From NCBI RefSeq assembly GCF_020745735.1, contig NW_026867509.1, forward strand, positions 1,364,001-1,428,000: DNA of 64,000 nt, read 5' to 3'. The notes beneath the pieces were generated by a model that saw nothing but the letters and a program-made list of their open reading frames with translations, did not search any database and was not told the DNA's origin. This document shows, piece by piece, positions 11,764 to 24,130 of the stretch; the first letter of the stretch is position 1, and every line of letters starts with the position of its first letter. A program made the translations under genes and the position numbers. Origin of the DNA: Hemiscyllium ocellatum. Lineage: Eukaryota.

Positions 11764-12042
11764 CACAGTGAAACAAAGGACGGAGCGAGCTGTACAAAAT
11801 CTTATCACGGTAGGATTACAGACACAGTGATACAGAGACAGAAAGAGTTGTGCAAAAACCTGAACAGGATGAGGATCACAGACACAAAAATGCATAGTAG
11901 TGAGAGAACTGTATCAAAAGCTGAATAGGGAGAAGATTACAGACACAGTGATGCAGAGGAACGAAAGAGCTGTACAAAAACCCGAACATGTTGTGGTTAC
12001 GTAGGCATTGATGAAAAGCACGGATAAAGCTGAACAAACTGA
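11764..12042 (+). repeat. Tandem array of five ~60-bp 23-RSS units
   Basis: Heptamers at 11764 (cacagtg), 11823 (cacagtg), 11883 (cacaaaa), 11944 (cacagtg), 12004 (ggcattg). Nonamers acaaaatct, gcaaaaacc, atcaaaagc, acaaaaacc, acaaactga. Spacers 23, 22, 23, 23, 23. Confidence 0.92.
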
Positions 12043-14700
12043 ATCTACAGGTTATTTTTACATTGTGAATTTGCTTCTTCCCATTTTATAGAAAAAACCT
12101 CTTTATTTCTGGATTCATTCTGTATTCGTGATTATCAGGCTTCCAAATACCAGATAATCGTGTGACATGATTCAGTCTGAAAAATTGACTTTTAATTTTT
12201 ACCTGGGTGTTTGTAGATTCAACCATATCTTTCAAACTGCAATTTAACGAATGATGAAAATGGCTAAGTACGTAAATATATGAGGGAGCAGCAAAGCACC
12301 AGATGTAATTAGATTGTACGTTGCTGGAGTGGGAACATGCATGAATAAAATTCCTCCATGCTGTTCATTCTAAGATTAGAAATTTATTTTTCTATTTTCC
12401 TTGTAAAAAAGAAAAGCCTAAAAAAAAACTCGAAGACCAATAAGACAACAACTTCCCAAACTTATAATTGTACAAGTAACCTATTTGTTTTCCGTCACTG
12501 CACATAGGAAAATACAGTAGAAAGCACAAGTTTAGTGACACCGATCATCACTCCTGAAACATAAAGCTTCTCTGTGAATTGAACACATCACAAGAGCTTC
12601 TGCTTGTTTTGCATTCCATTTCACAGCTTCCGTGCAGCAAAAGGTACGAATTTTTTTTTTTTTGGTTTTACATTTGCTCCAAGTTTCACATGAAATTTCA
12701 TATTCTGCCTAAACCTACGTCATAGAATTTGTGGTTTGAGCAGCGTGAGAACATGTCTTTAAGGCTCTGAACCGTTCGTAGTTTTCCGTTTGTACAGATT
12801 CCACTGTGGTATTACTGTTGCTCACTTCACTGAGAAGTGTCTCTTCTGCATCTCTGAAAATTTCAATTGCCAATAACCCATTGGCTGATTCTCTCCCCTG
12901 TTGACTGAGCGTACTTGTGTCCGAATTTTGCATTAAAATCTATCTGTCAATTTGGGACAGTTTATTTCATCCATCACTAGGATGCATATATTTCTTCCCC
13001 ACTCGAACGCATCAAGATATATCTATACAGTAAATTATTGCCTTTGGGGTCCTGTGCCTCCTACTCTTTTCTTTGTCTTTCATTTTGTCTTCTCCACTCA
13101 TGCCGAATTTCAACGAGATTCACGTGTTCATGCATTTCCGCTTTTATTAATTTGAAAGCATGAATTGTACCTTTAAGAACGAGTGAATGTTGTACTGACT
13201 TGAGAACTTACAATTACCTGTGTGTATGCCAACCAGCTGACTGAGCGTGTCCTGGAAAATTGAAAATATGGAACATTTTACTGAGAAATAGACACCTGAG
13301 TTAATTGCTGTTTTGACAACAATTCGAATTTATCCAACCTGTTTAAATTGTTCCCCAGAACATTAAACCCGAACCGCGTTTGAATTTACTATTTTTCCAA
13401 CATCTAAACAATAAAATGGTCCGTTGTAGAAGATTTGAAAAGGCAGACATTTGAAAATCAGTTACAGCAACTGCCATCAACACAGATACAAGAAATTTGG
13501 ATACACTCACTGTGAAAAGTACCTTTTCATATGAAACATTTTCGCAGTAAAAAGAGCAAGAAGACGACCTGAGCCAGAAGAAGATAGACAAAGAAGAGGA
13601 CAGCCGCTGAGTGATTTTGAAATCAAGTTTAAGTAATTTTCATGAGATTCTTATTGGAACAGCAAACTGTCATGTACTTGGAGGCTGGTAATTACCAGTT
13701 AAGTGAAAGGGGTGCTTAGAGTTGTGAAAATTTATAGTTAAATATTTACTTTTAGAGTTAAAGAATACATTCAGTTTATTTTCTTTAATTTGTGGAATTT
13801 GGTGGCTATCTGTCACTCACATTTTAACAGGTTATGAGACGAGCTGAGCTTTTCTTGGGTGTTTGCTTTAATAAACGGAAGGTTTCAATGCCGTAACCTA
13901 ACACTGTGTAGAAATGTTCTTCAGTGTAAGCTCTGTTCAGCGAGTGGTTCCTAGTTGTTCTGGACCTAATCTCAAAAGTACATCCACCCGCTCATAATTT
14001 ACATTATGTCTTGGGTCCATGTTTCCATTAAAAAAAAGACCCAGCCAGCTGAATCATTCCAGATTGGTGCAAGTCACAGCTGATGACCTTTCCCTCAGGC
14101 AGTTAAAAATTCAATTAATTTTATATGAACATAAGAACCACGAACATTCGAGATTAAAGTTTCGAGCGTTTTCAAATATACAGTAGGATCATAGATGATC
14201 ATTCACCGTCATACAATCATCCCTATATGTAAAGAAAAACAAATGATTCAGTTATTGTGAAAAACAGATTGTCAAACTACCAAGCATCCACGGCCTCTAC
14301 CCTGAAGTACCACTTCACAATTGAATCTGATTCAATTCAATCAACTCTCAATTTTTCATACTTGTTCAAGACTGGAAACGCCTATAAGATATGGCAGTCC
14401 GTTTTCTCAAAGATTAGCAGTCTGTACATTGCGTGCACCGAGAAGTTTTCATTTTCGGTGCAAGGGTGAATTCACTGGAAAACAATTGTATAAACATCCG
14501 TAATTGGAAGTACTGTCAGGAACAATATGTCAAGATTGGCCACTGATTGCCAGCAACAGCACGTTTCCTACTTGAATCGCATTGTGTCATGTTCTGTTTA
14601 TACCAAACTTATGCTTTGTTGAAGTCAGATATTTTATAATTTACCTGTTCAATGAAGGTATGAGTGGAACCCAAGTTTCCTGAGGTAGGGAAGCAAGTGT

Positions 14701-15369
14701 NNNNNNNNNNNNNNNNNNNNNNNNNNNNNNNNNNNNNNNNNNNNNNNNNNNNNNNNNNNNNNNNNNNNNNNNNNNNNNNNNNNNNNNNNNNNNNNNNNNN
14801 NNNNNNNNNNNNNNNNNNNNNNNNNNNNNNNNNNNNNNNNNNNNNNNNNNNNNNNNNNNNNNNNNNNNNNNNNNNNNNNNNNNNNNNNNNNNNNNNNNNN
14901 NNNNNNNNNNNNNNNNNNNNNNNNNNNNNNNNNNNNNNNNNNNNNNNNNNNNNNNNNNNNNNNNNNNNNNNNNNNNNNNNNNNNNNNNNNNNNNNNNNNN
15001 NNNNNNNNNNNNNNNNNNNNNNNNNNNNNNNNNNNNNNNNNNNNNNNNNNNNNNNNNNNNNNNNNNNNNNNNNNNNNNNNNNNNNNNNNNNNNNNNNNNN
15101 NNNNNNNNNNNNNNNNNNNNNNNNNNNNNNNNNNNNNNNNNNNNNNNNNNNNNNNNNNNNNNNNNNNNNNNNNNNNNNNNNNNNNNNNNNNNNNNNNNNN
15201 NNNNNNNNNNNNNNNNNNNNNNNNNNNNNNNNNNNNNNNNNNNNNNNNNNNNNNNNNNNNNNNNNNNNNNNNNNNNNNNNNNNNNNNNNNNNNNNNNNNN
15301 NNNNNNNNNNNNNNNNNNNNNNNNNNNNNNNNNNNNNNNNNNNNNNNNNNNNNNNNNNNNNNNNNNNNN
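14701..15369. other. Assembly gap (669 N)
   Basis: Run of N. Confidence 1.
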
Positions 15370-16809
15370 CCATGGTATAGGTTGAATCATGGAATTCTTT
15401 CAGAAAAGTAATAATGTATTAATGAAGTGAAAAAGTTAAGCGTGCCCAATTCCCTGATGGCAGCTTGCGCTCGGGGTTTGATGTTGATAACATTTGTTCA
15501 GAAATCCAGGCCTGCTCGGCCTCTGTCCAAATGGAAAACTGCAATCGAAGATCTTATTGTTAAAACTTTTCAATGCAACTTTCGATAAGCTTGCGGTGGT
15601 ACTGACGACAATAGAAAGAGATAATGGACATTAATTTGAAAATCTGCACAATGATGGGGTTTCGTGTCACTTTTTAGCTGTGGCTGCTGACCAGAATTTG
15701 TTCCAAAATAAAACAAATTTATACTTTTCTACATAATATTATGCTTCCAGCCAGTAGCAAATTCTGTCGTGTATTTGAAATGGAAGGAGTGATACCTTTT
15801 GCAAATGATGCCCATCATTCGATTTGGTCTTCCCCAGATGATGTGGACTCTGCATTCAGCAGGCAAGTCGGAGGTGTTGCATCACAAATATGAATTGTTG
15901 ATTGAAGCTCATGGGCAGGCTTTGGGGTTTTGTACAGTCATTAATTCTGTTATTCGCCGCGCTCTCTGTTGCAGATTTAACTTCCTGTCGTGTAAACTAT
16001 CTCTTTCATCTACATTATTAATATTTCTCGTCAAGTTCAAATTCAGTCATTTGATACTACCAGCATTTTGATAGTTGGGGTGTTCAGCAATGCTAATGAT
16101 AAAAAAAGGATGTTGAATGGTTTGTCAGTTGTTGCAGATTTGCACTGTCGTGCATGTGTGTGACACGAATGTTACTTGCCATTCAAAAGAGCTGATTAGA
16201 AAATACGAATATGCAAAGATTGTTAGAATTAGTCTGTTGTTAAAACTCAAGATAAATGCAATCAAATCAACTGCCTCTTCTGTGATTTCTGAAAGTGATG
16301 GAAGGCATCGTGAACAGTACCATCAACAGTCATCTCTCCAAGTAATCAGCCCGACGATCCTCTGGGATTGTGATGACTTCACCTTTCCCTCTGTTTCAGT
16401 CCACACCCCCTGAGTAGAATCTTTCTATCTGTCTAAGTCTAAGCACTCATACAGCTATATCAGTTACCATCAGGTGATATTAGATTTGACGCCAGTATTA
16501 TTTTAAGTTTTTTTCAAGTCTACTTGTAGTTTACTTGAAGAATATATGTCAGCTGACGTGTAAATGTTGTTCTTTTCAAATACACAAGCTGCCCTCTGTA
16601 TGTCAGCGTCGACATTTGCCCTGTAACCATTATCTGAATCGTCTTATGAGAATTATATTAAAGGTGCTACATAAATGTAAGTTGGCATTTTTATTGGTGA
16701 GATGGAGTTGTCACCGAAGTTACAAAAATAATGCTCTTGCTTCCTTTCAGAAGTGATGCCAACATGTCAAACCTTACACAATTATGTGTCTGGTTAGTCG
16801 TGTCGTTTT

Positions 16810-17720
16810 TCTTTGTCCCTTTATGTAAATATTACGGTGATCATGATCTTCACCGCAGGAAGATGTGGTCTCTCTGGATGCATCACTCGATATCTAGTGT
16901 CTATGGCAGTGACGGATCTCTTGATAGTTATCAGTGCTGTGATCTTCAATTGGATTACTGGCATTTATTTCCTAGTTAGTTTTATGTCTATTACTCCAGT
17001 ATTTACAGCCAGCATTCTGACCATCTCTGCAGCTGTAGAAAGTTCTGCCTGGTTAACAGTTGCTCTCGCCTTTGAGTGATTCCTCACCAGTTGGAATCAG
17101 AAAACACAACATTACACAGAGAAAACAGTGGCTGTCGTCAGAGGAATAGTCGATTTCTTGAGTTGTTTAAAAAGTTATCCTCTGGTAGATTATGTAAGAA
17201 CCATTCTATTATAATTTACACCATGTCATGGTTTTGTAACATAAAATCAAAATTCTCTACTTAATTGGCATGGACAACCTATGATGGCTTTGCACAGTTC
17301 AACCTTTTCTCCTCATATTACTGCTCAATGCACTGACTGTCAAATACATTCTCGCAGCCAATCGAGCCCGAAGGCCACTACGAGCAAGCATGAGCAGTGG
17401 AGAAAATCCCAGTTATCCTGAGGTGGAGAGCTGGCGAAAGTCCATTGTTTTACTCTTCACCATCTCAGGAAGCTTCATCCTGTTGTGGATGACATATGTG
17501 GTGGATTTTCTCTCTGTGAAAATTATGACCAAACCTTATTTCTCAGGTTCCAATTTCAATGATTCAATATCCATTCAGCAAGAAAGTAGAAGCATACTTC
17601 AATTCCATCGCTGTTGCACCAACCCATGTATTTATGCTGAGACACAGATAAATTCAGAATATAGTTGAAGAATGCAGCAAAGAATCTTTGGAAAATATTT
17701 GTCACGTTAATAAACTAGGA
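16810..17720 (+). pseudogene. GPR139-like GPCR pseudogene (main exon)
   Basis: Fragments GRCGLSGCITRYLVSMAVTDLL, ESSAWLTVALAFE-stop, WRKSIVLLFTISGSFILLW, CCTNPCIYAETQ align by eye with the intact GPCR at 27346-28247; stops and frameshifts. Confidence 0.88.
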
Positions 17721-17949
17721 AAGGTGTGGGAAATCCAATCAATTACCGAATTGTACATTTTTGTCATTGCAATATTTACCGTAGTGATATAAGGCCAAAG
17801 ATCCTCAGAAGTTGAGGAAAACGAGTGCGACATAACATTATTTTTCACTTTTGTGGCAGAAAATCAAAGTTGTAATAGATGGGAAAAAGCGCACCAATTT
17901 TGTGATTGAAAGTTTGTGCAATAATCTCTTCAATTCCGTCTCAATCGCC

Positions 17950-19270
17950 CCTTTTAGGTACTCTCTTAATAGTGTGATAGAAAAAAGCACCACAACGTGA
18001 TTCGGCCATCATATATATCTCTGATGTAAAGAGACTTGTGACCTGGCCTGCACAGCGTTCTACAACATTGAGGTCCATACAATCCCCCTCAGCTCATTTC
18101 TTAAACATGTCTCATTTACTCAAATGTTGTGCCTTCAGTTCCTCATCTTTCCTCCTATGAGAAAGTTCTCTCTAAAAATACTCGAACCTGGCCTCTCAAT
18201 ATTCTGTAAGTTTAAGGTAGATTCCATCTCATTCTTCTCATCTCCGTCGATTACATACCTAGATTCTTCAAACATTTGTTAGTGTGACAAGGCTCTTATC
18301 CCCGAGATCATTCTTGCACTCCACATTGGGACTTCTTCCAAGGCCTCCACATACTTCCTGCGATACAGAACTCAAAAGTGTTCACAATATTCCAAATACG
18401 GTCTGATCTGAGCATTATACAGCGTCTGTACTACATCCCAGTTATTGTGTTCCAGCACTCTTCAAAGCAATGCAAACGTTAAATTCGTCTTCCTGACAAC
18501 TGAAATTTCACGTTCCTTTGAGGAGAATTCTAAACTAGTGCACCGATGCCTGCTTGTGCTTCAGATGTCCAAAGCTTTTAGAATGCAGTGCATGCCTTTA
18601 TTCTTCAAATCAAAGTGCAAAACCCCACATTTTCAACGTTATATTCCAGCTGCCATTTCTTTGTTCACTGTGCGATCCTGCTGGAATCGTCATGCTTCTT
18701 TCTTAGCTCGCCAGCATTAGATTAGATTACCTACAGTATGGAAACAGGCCCTTCGGCCCAACAAGTCCACACTGATCCTTCGAAGAGTAACCCACCCAGA
18801 CCCACTCCCCTACCTTATACTCACCGCTGACACTATGGGCAATTTAGCATGGCCAATTCACCTGACCTGCACATCTTTGGATTATGGGAAGAAACCGGAA
18901 CATCCGGAGGAAACCCACCCTGACACAGGGAGAACGTACAAACTCCACACAGACAGTCGCCCAATGCTGGAATTGAACCCGGGTCCCTAACGTTGTGAGA
19001 CAGCAGTGCTAACCACTAAGCTACCGCTCCGCCCCTTGATCCACGACCTATCTGTGTTGTATGCAAACTTTGCAACAAGTGCTGTCAGTTTCTTCATTCA
19101 TATTATTAAAATATAATGTGATTGTTTGTGGTCCACACATTAAACCACGAGACATCGTCTTTCATCCCGATAGCTACCCCTTTATCTCCTATCTTTGTTT
19201 TCTACGGGTCAGGCAATCTGTCCATGGCAGTGACTTGCACCAACCCCCGTTAGTTTTCTTTTTTTTAAAT
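17950..19270 (-). mobile_element. CR1-like LINE fragment interrupted by a SINE
   Basis: Minus-strand CR1 ORF2 C-terminal motifs (LEYC.Q.W.P, RGDLI); continues on both sides of the SINE. Confidence 0.7.
18716..19035 (-). mobile_element. tRNA-derived elasmobranch SINE (HE1-type), near full length
   Basis: Minus strand: gggcggagcggtagcttagtggttagcactgctgtctcac...gggttcaattcc (A/B-box-like head), central ggtttcctccggatgttccggtttc, tail ending atctaatctaat. Confidence 0.85.
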
Positions 19271-19279
19271 TTGGGTTGT

Positions 19280-20240
19280 TTTTTAGTTCCTTGAGCTCCA
19301 GATTTGTTCTCAGACGTTTCGTCACCACGCTAGCTCACATCATCAGTGAGCCTCCGATGGTGTGCTGGTGTGCAGTCCCGCTTGCTATTTATGAGACTTG
19401 GTGCGTTGTGTTGAATGGTATCACTTCCGGTTCGTTTTCTGTGAGGTTGATAAATGGGTGGAAATAGATACGTTTGCTAATGGACTTCCAGATTGAATCC
19501 CAGGCCTCTCGGAATTCCCGTGCATGTCATTGTTTAGTCTGTTCCAAGAAGGATACTTTTCACAGTCAAGCTGGTGATGCTCTTCGTCTGTGTGTTTGAA
19601 TACTGATGATAGCTGGCCATGGCAGCAAGTTGGTGCTCATGGATCCTGGTGGCTAGTTGCCTGCTCGTCTATCCAATGTAATGTTTTGTGCAGACCTTGC
19701 AAGGTATTTGACAATGACAATCATTCTGCTGCTTGTTGGTATAGGGTTTGTTAAATTCATTAGGAGCTGTGTCAGTGTGGTAGTAGATTTGTGAAATATT
19801 CTGATGCCTAGGGGCTGAGGTAATCTGGTCGTCATCTCCAAGATGTATGTAATGTATGGCAGTGTGGCTAGAGTCTCTGGGTGCGTTGTGTCTTCCTGTT
19901 TACGTCTGTTGTGTACAAATTGATGGGCTGCACTTATTGGGTACTTTTACCTGAATACGTTGTGTAGGTGTTTTTCCTCGACTTCTTGGAGGTCCTGCGT
20001 GCTGCAGTGTGTTGTGGCTCTTTTAACTAATGTCCTGATGCAGCTACACTTTTGGATGTTTTCTGCTGCAGTTGAGTGTACGTTCAGTTGTGTGGTTTTC
20101 CTGTGAGCGCTGGTCTGCAGTTTTCGTTTGTCTTCTTGTTCTAATGTGACATCGAGGAAGTGGAAGCTTTTATTATTATCTTTCTCATTGGTGAACTTTA
20201 CAATGGTAAGGATGTTGTGTATGTGTTGTAAGCGCCTTCT
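19280..20240 (-). mobile_element. Penelope-like element 3' part (RT C-terminus + GIY-YIG), degenerate
   Basis: Minus strand FLDV..., CIRTLVKRATTHC, TLPYI..., IPC..C..HYIGQT.RQLATRIHEHQL (frameshifted); terminal hammerhead-like motif at 19309-19350. Confidence 0.85.
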
Positions 20241-20469
20241 AAATCGGTTACGTCTAATTCAAGCAACTCTCCCTCAATCTGCAAGATAATCTTTTTTTTC
20301 TGATAGTATAGTCACTATCCAAAAAGATTGCCTTCAACTTAAAGTTTGCTATTCAGGCGTTATTGTGTACCGCCAAATCCAGAATTATCTGTAGAAAATG
20401 GGCTCTACCACAAGGGACTCGTTGATATTCACGGATTTAGTTCCTTGGGTTTCGTGACCAATCTATCTT

Positions 20470-21110
20470 TCCCGCTCTGACTGCATACTGAAATCACTCA
20501 TTGTTGTTGTAATTGTGCTTTTGTTACATGCCTTCTCCATTATCCAGATTTATTTTCTGCTCAGGAACGGCCTGTCCAATAACTCCATCAGGGGGTCTTT
20601 TCTTTTGTTGTTTCTCATATCTACCCAAACACATTCAATACTTCCGAACCCACAATCAATTATAGTTCTTGATTTAAGTTAATTTCTTACAAAGAAGAAA
20701 ATCCTGCTACTCTGCCCATTTGTCTGTCCTTCCAATATCTTTGGATCTTTCGTGCTCAGCACTGATCCCCTTGTAACCAAGTGTATGTGATGCCCATAAC
20801 AGCCTACTCGCCAATTTCAACCCCTGTGTTACAAGCTCACTTAGATTATTTTGTATATTGTGTGCCCTACATCCTGCATTAAGCGCACCCTCTTAGCATT
20901 GTCCCCTTGTCTATTGTAGTTATATTCCTGATAGTTTTCACAATCTCTCTGCTCTATTGCAGTATATGGATACTTTGGTAATCTCTGCTGAGCCCATCCC
21001 CAGTTTTCGCTTTTGTTTTCGCCAATTATCTATGCAAACGAATCCATGCACGCTTTTTCACCATGCATTCATGCCAACTGCAGAGGAAACAGTATCCTCG
21101 ACTGAATGTG
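20470..21110 (-). mobile_element. CR1-like LINE fragment (ORF1/endonuclease region)
   Basis: Sequence style and minus-strand motifs (ITETWL-like, IWVD.RN.K) resemble the CR1 APE domain; heavily decayed. Confidence 0.55.
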
Positions 21111-22596
21111 CAGCTTTCTATAGTTTACTGCATACTTTACGCCCCCATTATTTCCAATGATATGTTGGAAAGTACCTGGACGTACTCTAAACGTGAAGGA
21201 GCTCGTGGCTTCGAGACACGTAGCATCCATGCTCTATATCACAAGAAATGACAACCTCCTGGAAGGGAATTGCAAATTGAGTTTCAGTGTCTACAGACAA
21301 ATTATGAATTGATTTCAAATTATAACCACGCATTGAGAATGCAACTATCATCTTTTGTGTGCCAAACGCTCATTGAAATCAGGAGGCGACCTATTCAGAT
21401 CTATGCCTGTTTTGCAAGGTGTCAATTTTTATCATCTAATTGTGTACATCAATCCCTAAACTAATACAAATTATCAAAATATGACATCAAACTGTTTTGA
21501 TTCTTATTGTTTGCAAATTATTCTCGGCACCTTTTGAGAATAAATATTCACGAAGGAAGTCGTGGCCTCAAAGGCAACTTAATTTGTGTTAAGTACTTTT
21601 AATTTAAATGTTCAAGTTCCTTTGTTCATGTGTCTTTGTGCATAGTAATTTTAGTGTTTCTGATGAATAACAAACTCGATATGTGCGTGGGAATGGGTGA
21701 CAATATTTGTTCACGGTGGTTAATTTCCTTGTCTGCCTGTCTTAGTCCAAGTGTATTATTTTCTTTTCTCAAAAAAAATGTTATGCTAGGTATCTGCTAA
21801 ACACATAGGCGTTTCCATAACGTTTGTCCAAGATTCTTCCTCTGAAGTAATGCAAAACATTTTCTTCATTCGCTCATGAGATGAGGTTATTGATGACTCG
21901 AACAGCATTTATTATCGTTGTGTAATTCCTTTTGTATCAATGTTCATGAAGCATAATTCAACGTTGTCTGCATCTGAATGTTAGTGTTGAGCATGTGTGG
22001 TTTTATATGTGTTTGCCTCCTTGTGCATTTTCGTATTTTTAAGGCACGATGCTTTGGTTTTTTTTAGTGTAGGTTACATCGAAGGCATGACCCTTTGCTC
22101 CCCCACCCCTCCTCCGCCAAACCTTTCTGGTGAAATATGTGAAGGGGAATTCCAGTCGAACGGAAGATAACTGCATTCTTCTAGTTCCTACTAATCCATG
22201 TTTTCTCCAGGCAATTATCTGAATTTTGTTTATGGAGCCAAGACTGGAAACATTGACGTGAAACACTCCCTCACTTTTTCCAATTTTTTTACAAAGTTTC
22301 CGCTCCTCTATCTATTTCCAATCTGCTTTTCCATTGAATTGTTATCTGCCTGTTATATTTGTGCTGCTGCTTTTACTTTCAGAGATGATTAGCAGACTCC
22401 TTGTCAGAACTCTTGACAATCAGAGAGATTATACAGTGGGACAAAACTGCAGGTGACCAGATCCTAACCTGAAGCTCAATTCAATATTTGGTGTCTGCAC
22501 CTGGGATTATACAGCTGGAAGCGAACCATTACATCAGGAAGTGTCGTTCAACCCATAGGAGACTCTTCTAGTGCAAACTGTCAGTCGGCAGCAGCC

Positions 22597-23020
22597 ACGC
22601 GGATATTCCGCACCTGACTTCTGTTCACAATTCTCATTGTCGGTAAGAAATAGTCCAATTTTTTCATGCTCAAAATAAAAGTGCATAATTATTCGAGTGA
22701 AGTTTTCATTACAGTATTTTCTTCCTTCTGAACATGTTACAAAACGGGGTGACGGAAATTACATAAATCAGTCTCAGCCTTCTGAGAGTAGGAGACAGCG
22801 TGAAGCAATGACTCTGAGATGCACATCCAGTACAACAGAAAACATCTATTATCTGTATTGGTACCGGCAATAACTAGATAAGGAGCTTCTCTGCAGAACT
22901 CCGAACCAGAATAAAACTCACCAGTTTAACCATTTTGGGGCGGCAGCTGATGACACTGCCATATATTTCTGTGCTTTCAACCTCAAAGTAATAGAAAAGA
23001 AATCTGAACTGTACGCAAAA
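22597..23020 (+). pseudogene. TCR alpha/delta V pseudogene
   Basis: Decayed leader ending LLFTILIV|gtaag at 22642. Exon INQSQPSESRRQREAMTLRCTSSTTENIYYLYWYRQ-stop(22871), internal deletion, DDTAIYFCAF; degenerate RSS caaagta..gcaaaaatt. Confidence 0.82.
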
Positions 23021-23259
23021 ATTACTGAAAACTTTCTGTGGTTCTCCCTCTTATGGATGTGTGGTTTGTTCAGACTCACAAAAAAAACTTCCACTACAAA
23101 GTGAAGCACAGCGTTTAGCGGTCAATGGCAGGGCTATCATGAAACCAAAGTATCCTGGAATCAAACTGTCACAAATATTTTTGCAGAAGAGCCTGATAAA
23201 TCTAGGAGCCAATAGAGAGACATTACCGATTCTATCATACTGTTAAACTTCCCGTCCAG

Positions 23260-24130
23260 TCTGCATCAGCACATTTTATATTTCCACTTACCACCATAAC
23301 TTCAAGAAAACAAAACCGTTGAATCATCTATTTCAGAATTGGGTTCTCAGCCCATCAGGAGTATACCCGAAAAAATACGCTAATTCTATACTTTGCAGCA
23401 CAAAACCCAACGCTCCTCCAAGTTATGTTTGGATAATTTTGAATTTACCTATCTCAACTCAAGCAACCACTCTGGGTGATTTCTTTTTATCCGAATTCCC
23501 CTCTGAACCTCCTGCCTTTCATTTTAAAATGATGCCTCATTCTTACTCATCGTCCAACTGAGGGGAATAGCTCCTTTATATCCATCCTATTCATACTGGT
23601 ATACCAACTCTGGTCTACCTTAACTGCGATCATATTACTCCTAAAGAGACGTGAAATACCCACAACACTCCAGCTGTGACCGAAGCAAAGTCCTGCACAG
23701 CTTCAATATAACCTCACTGCTGTTGTAATATGCTTCGAATCATAATGGCAAGAATCCCCTTTGCCTTCTAAACTGCTTGAAGAAACTTCCATGTTGCCTT
23801 TAGCGATCTGTCGACAAACACCCCAAGATTCCTCGTTCCTCTGAGTTTCCAAGTTTCCTAACACGCATTTAATATTTCCTTGTCTTTTTTTTTTGCTTCT
23901 TTCGAAATGCATCCTTTCACAATTATTTTGGTAAAATTCCATCTGCTACTGATCTGCCACATGATCAATCTGTTTATATCCGCCTTTAAACTGTGACCTT
24001 CATGCTTGCTGTCAACCATCCAGCCAAGTTTTCAATCATTGTAAACTTAGCTACCAATTCCCTCACCCCAACCCCCGGCACGTTCTCATCTATATAGATT
24101 GTACATGCAACAAGCAATAAGGAACACAAA
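23260..24130 (-). mobile_element. CR1-like LINE 3' fragments
   Basis: Minus-strand CR1 C-terminal and RT-flanking motifs, multiple indels. Confidence 0.6.

Noticed and set aside
11764-12042. Interpretation of the 60-bp arrays as CRISPR-like repeat-spacer arrays
   Set aside because: Vertebrate DNA, no cas genes, and the spacers are homologous to each other; the units are RSSs.
13343-13591. Minus ORF with a TM-like stretch (KVLFTVSVSKFLVSVLMAVAVTD), reminiscent of a TCR constant TM or GPCR TM2
   Set aside because: No splice sites, no Ig C domain and no further colinear homology seen.
14609-15390. Long ORFs of 238-254 aa, and 82-99 aa ORFs at 10125-10457
   Set aside because: Artefacts of N runs.
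22420-22470. SGTKLQVTR resembling a J segment
   Set aside because: No FGxG, no RSS, no splice donor.
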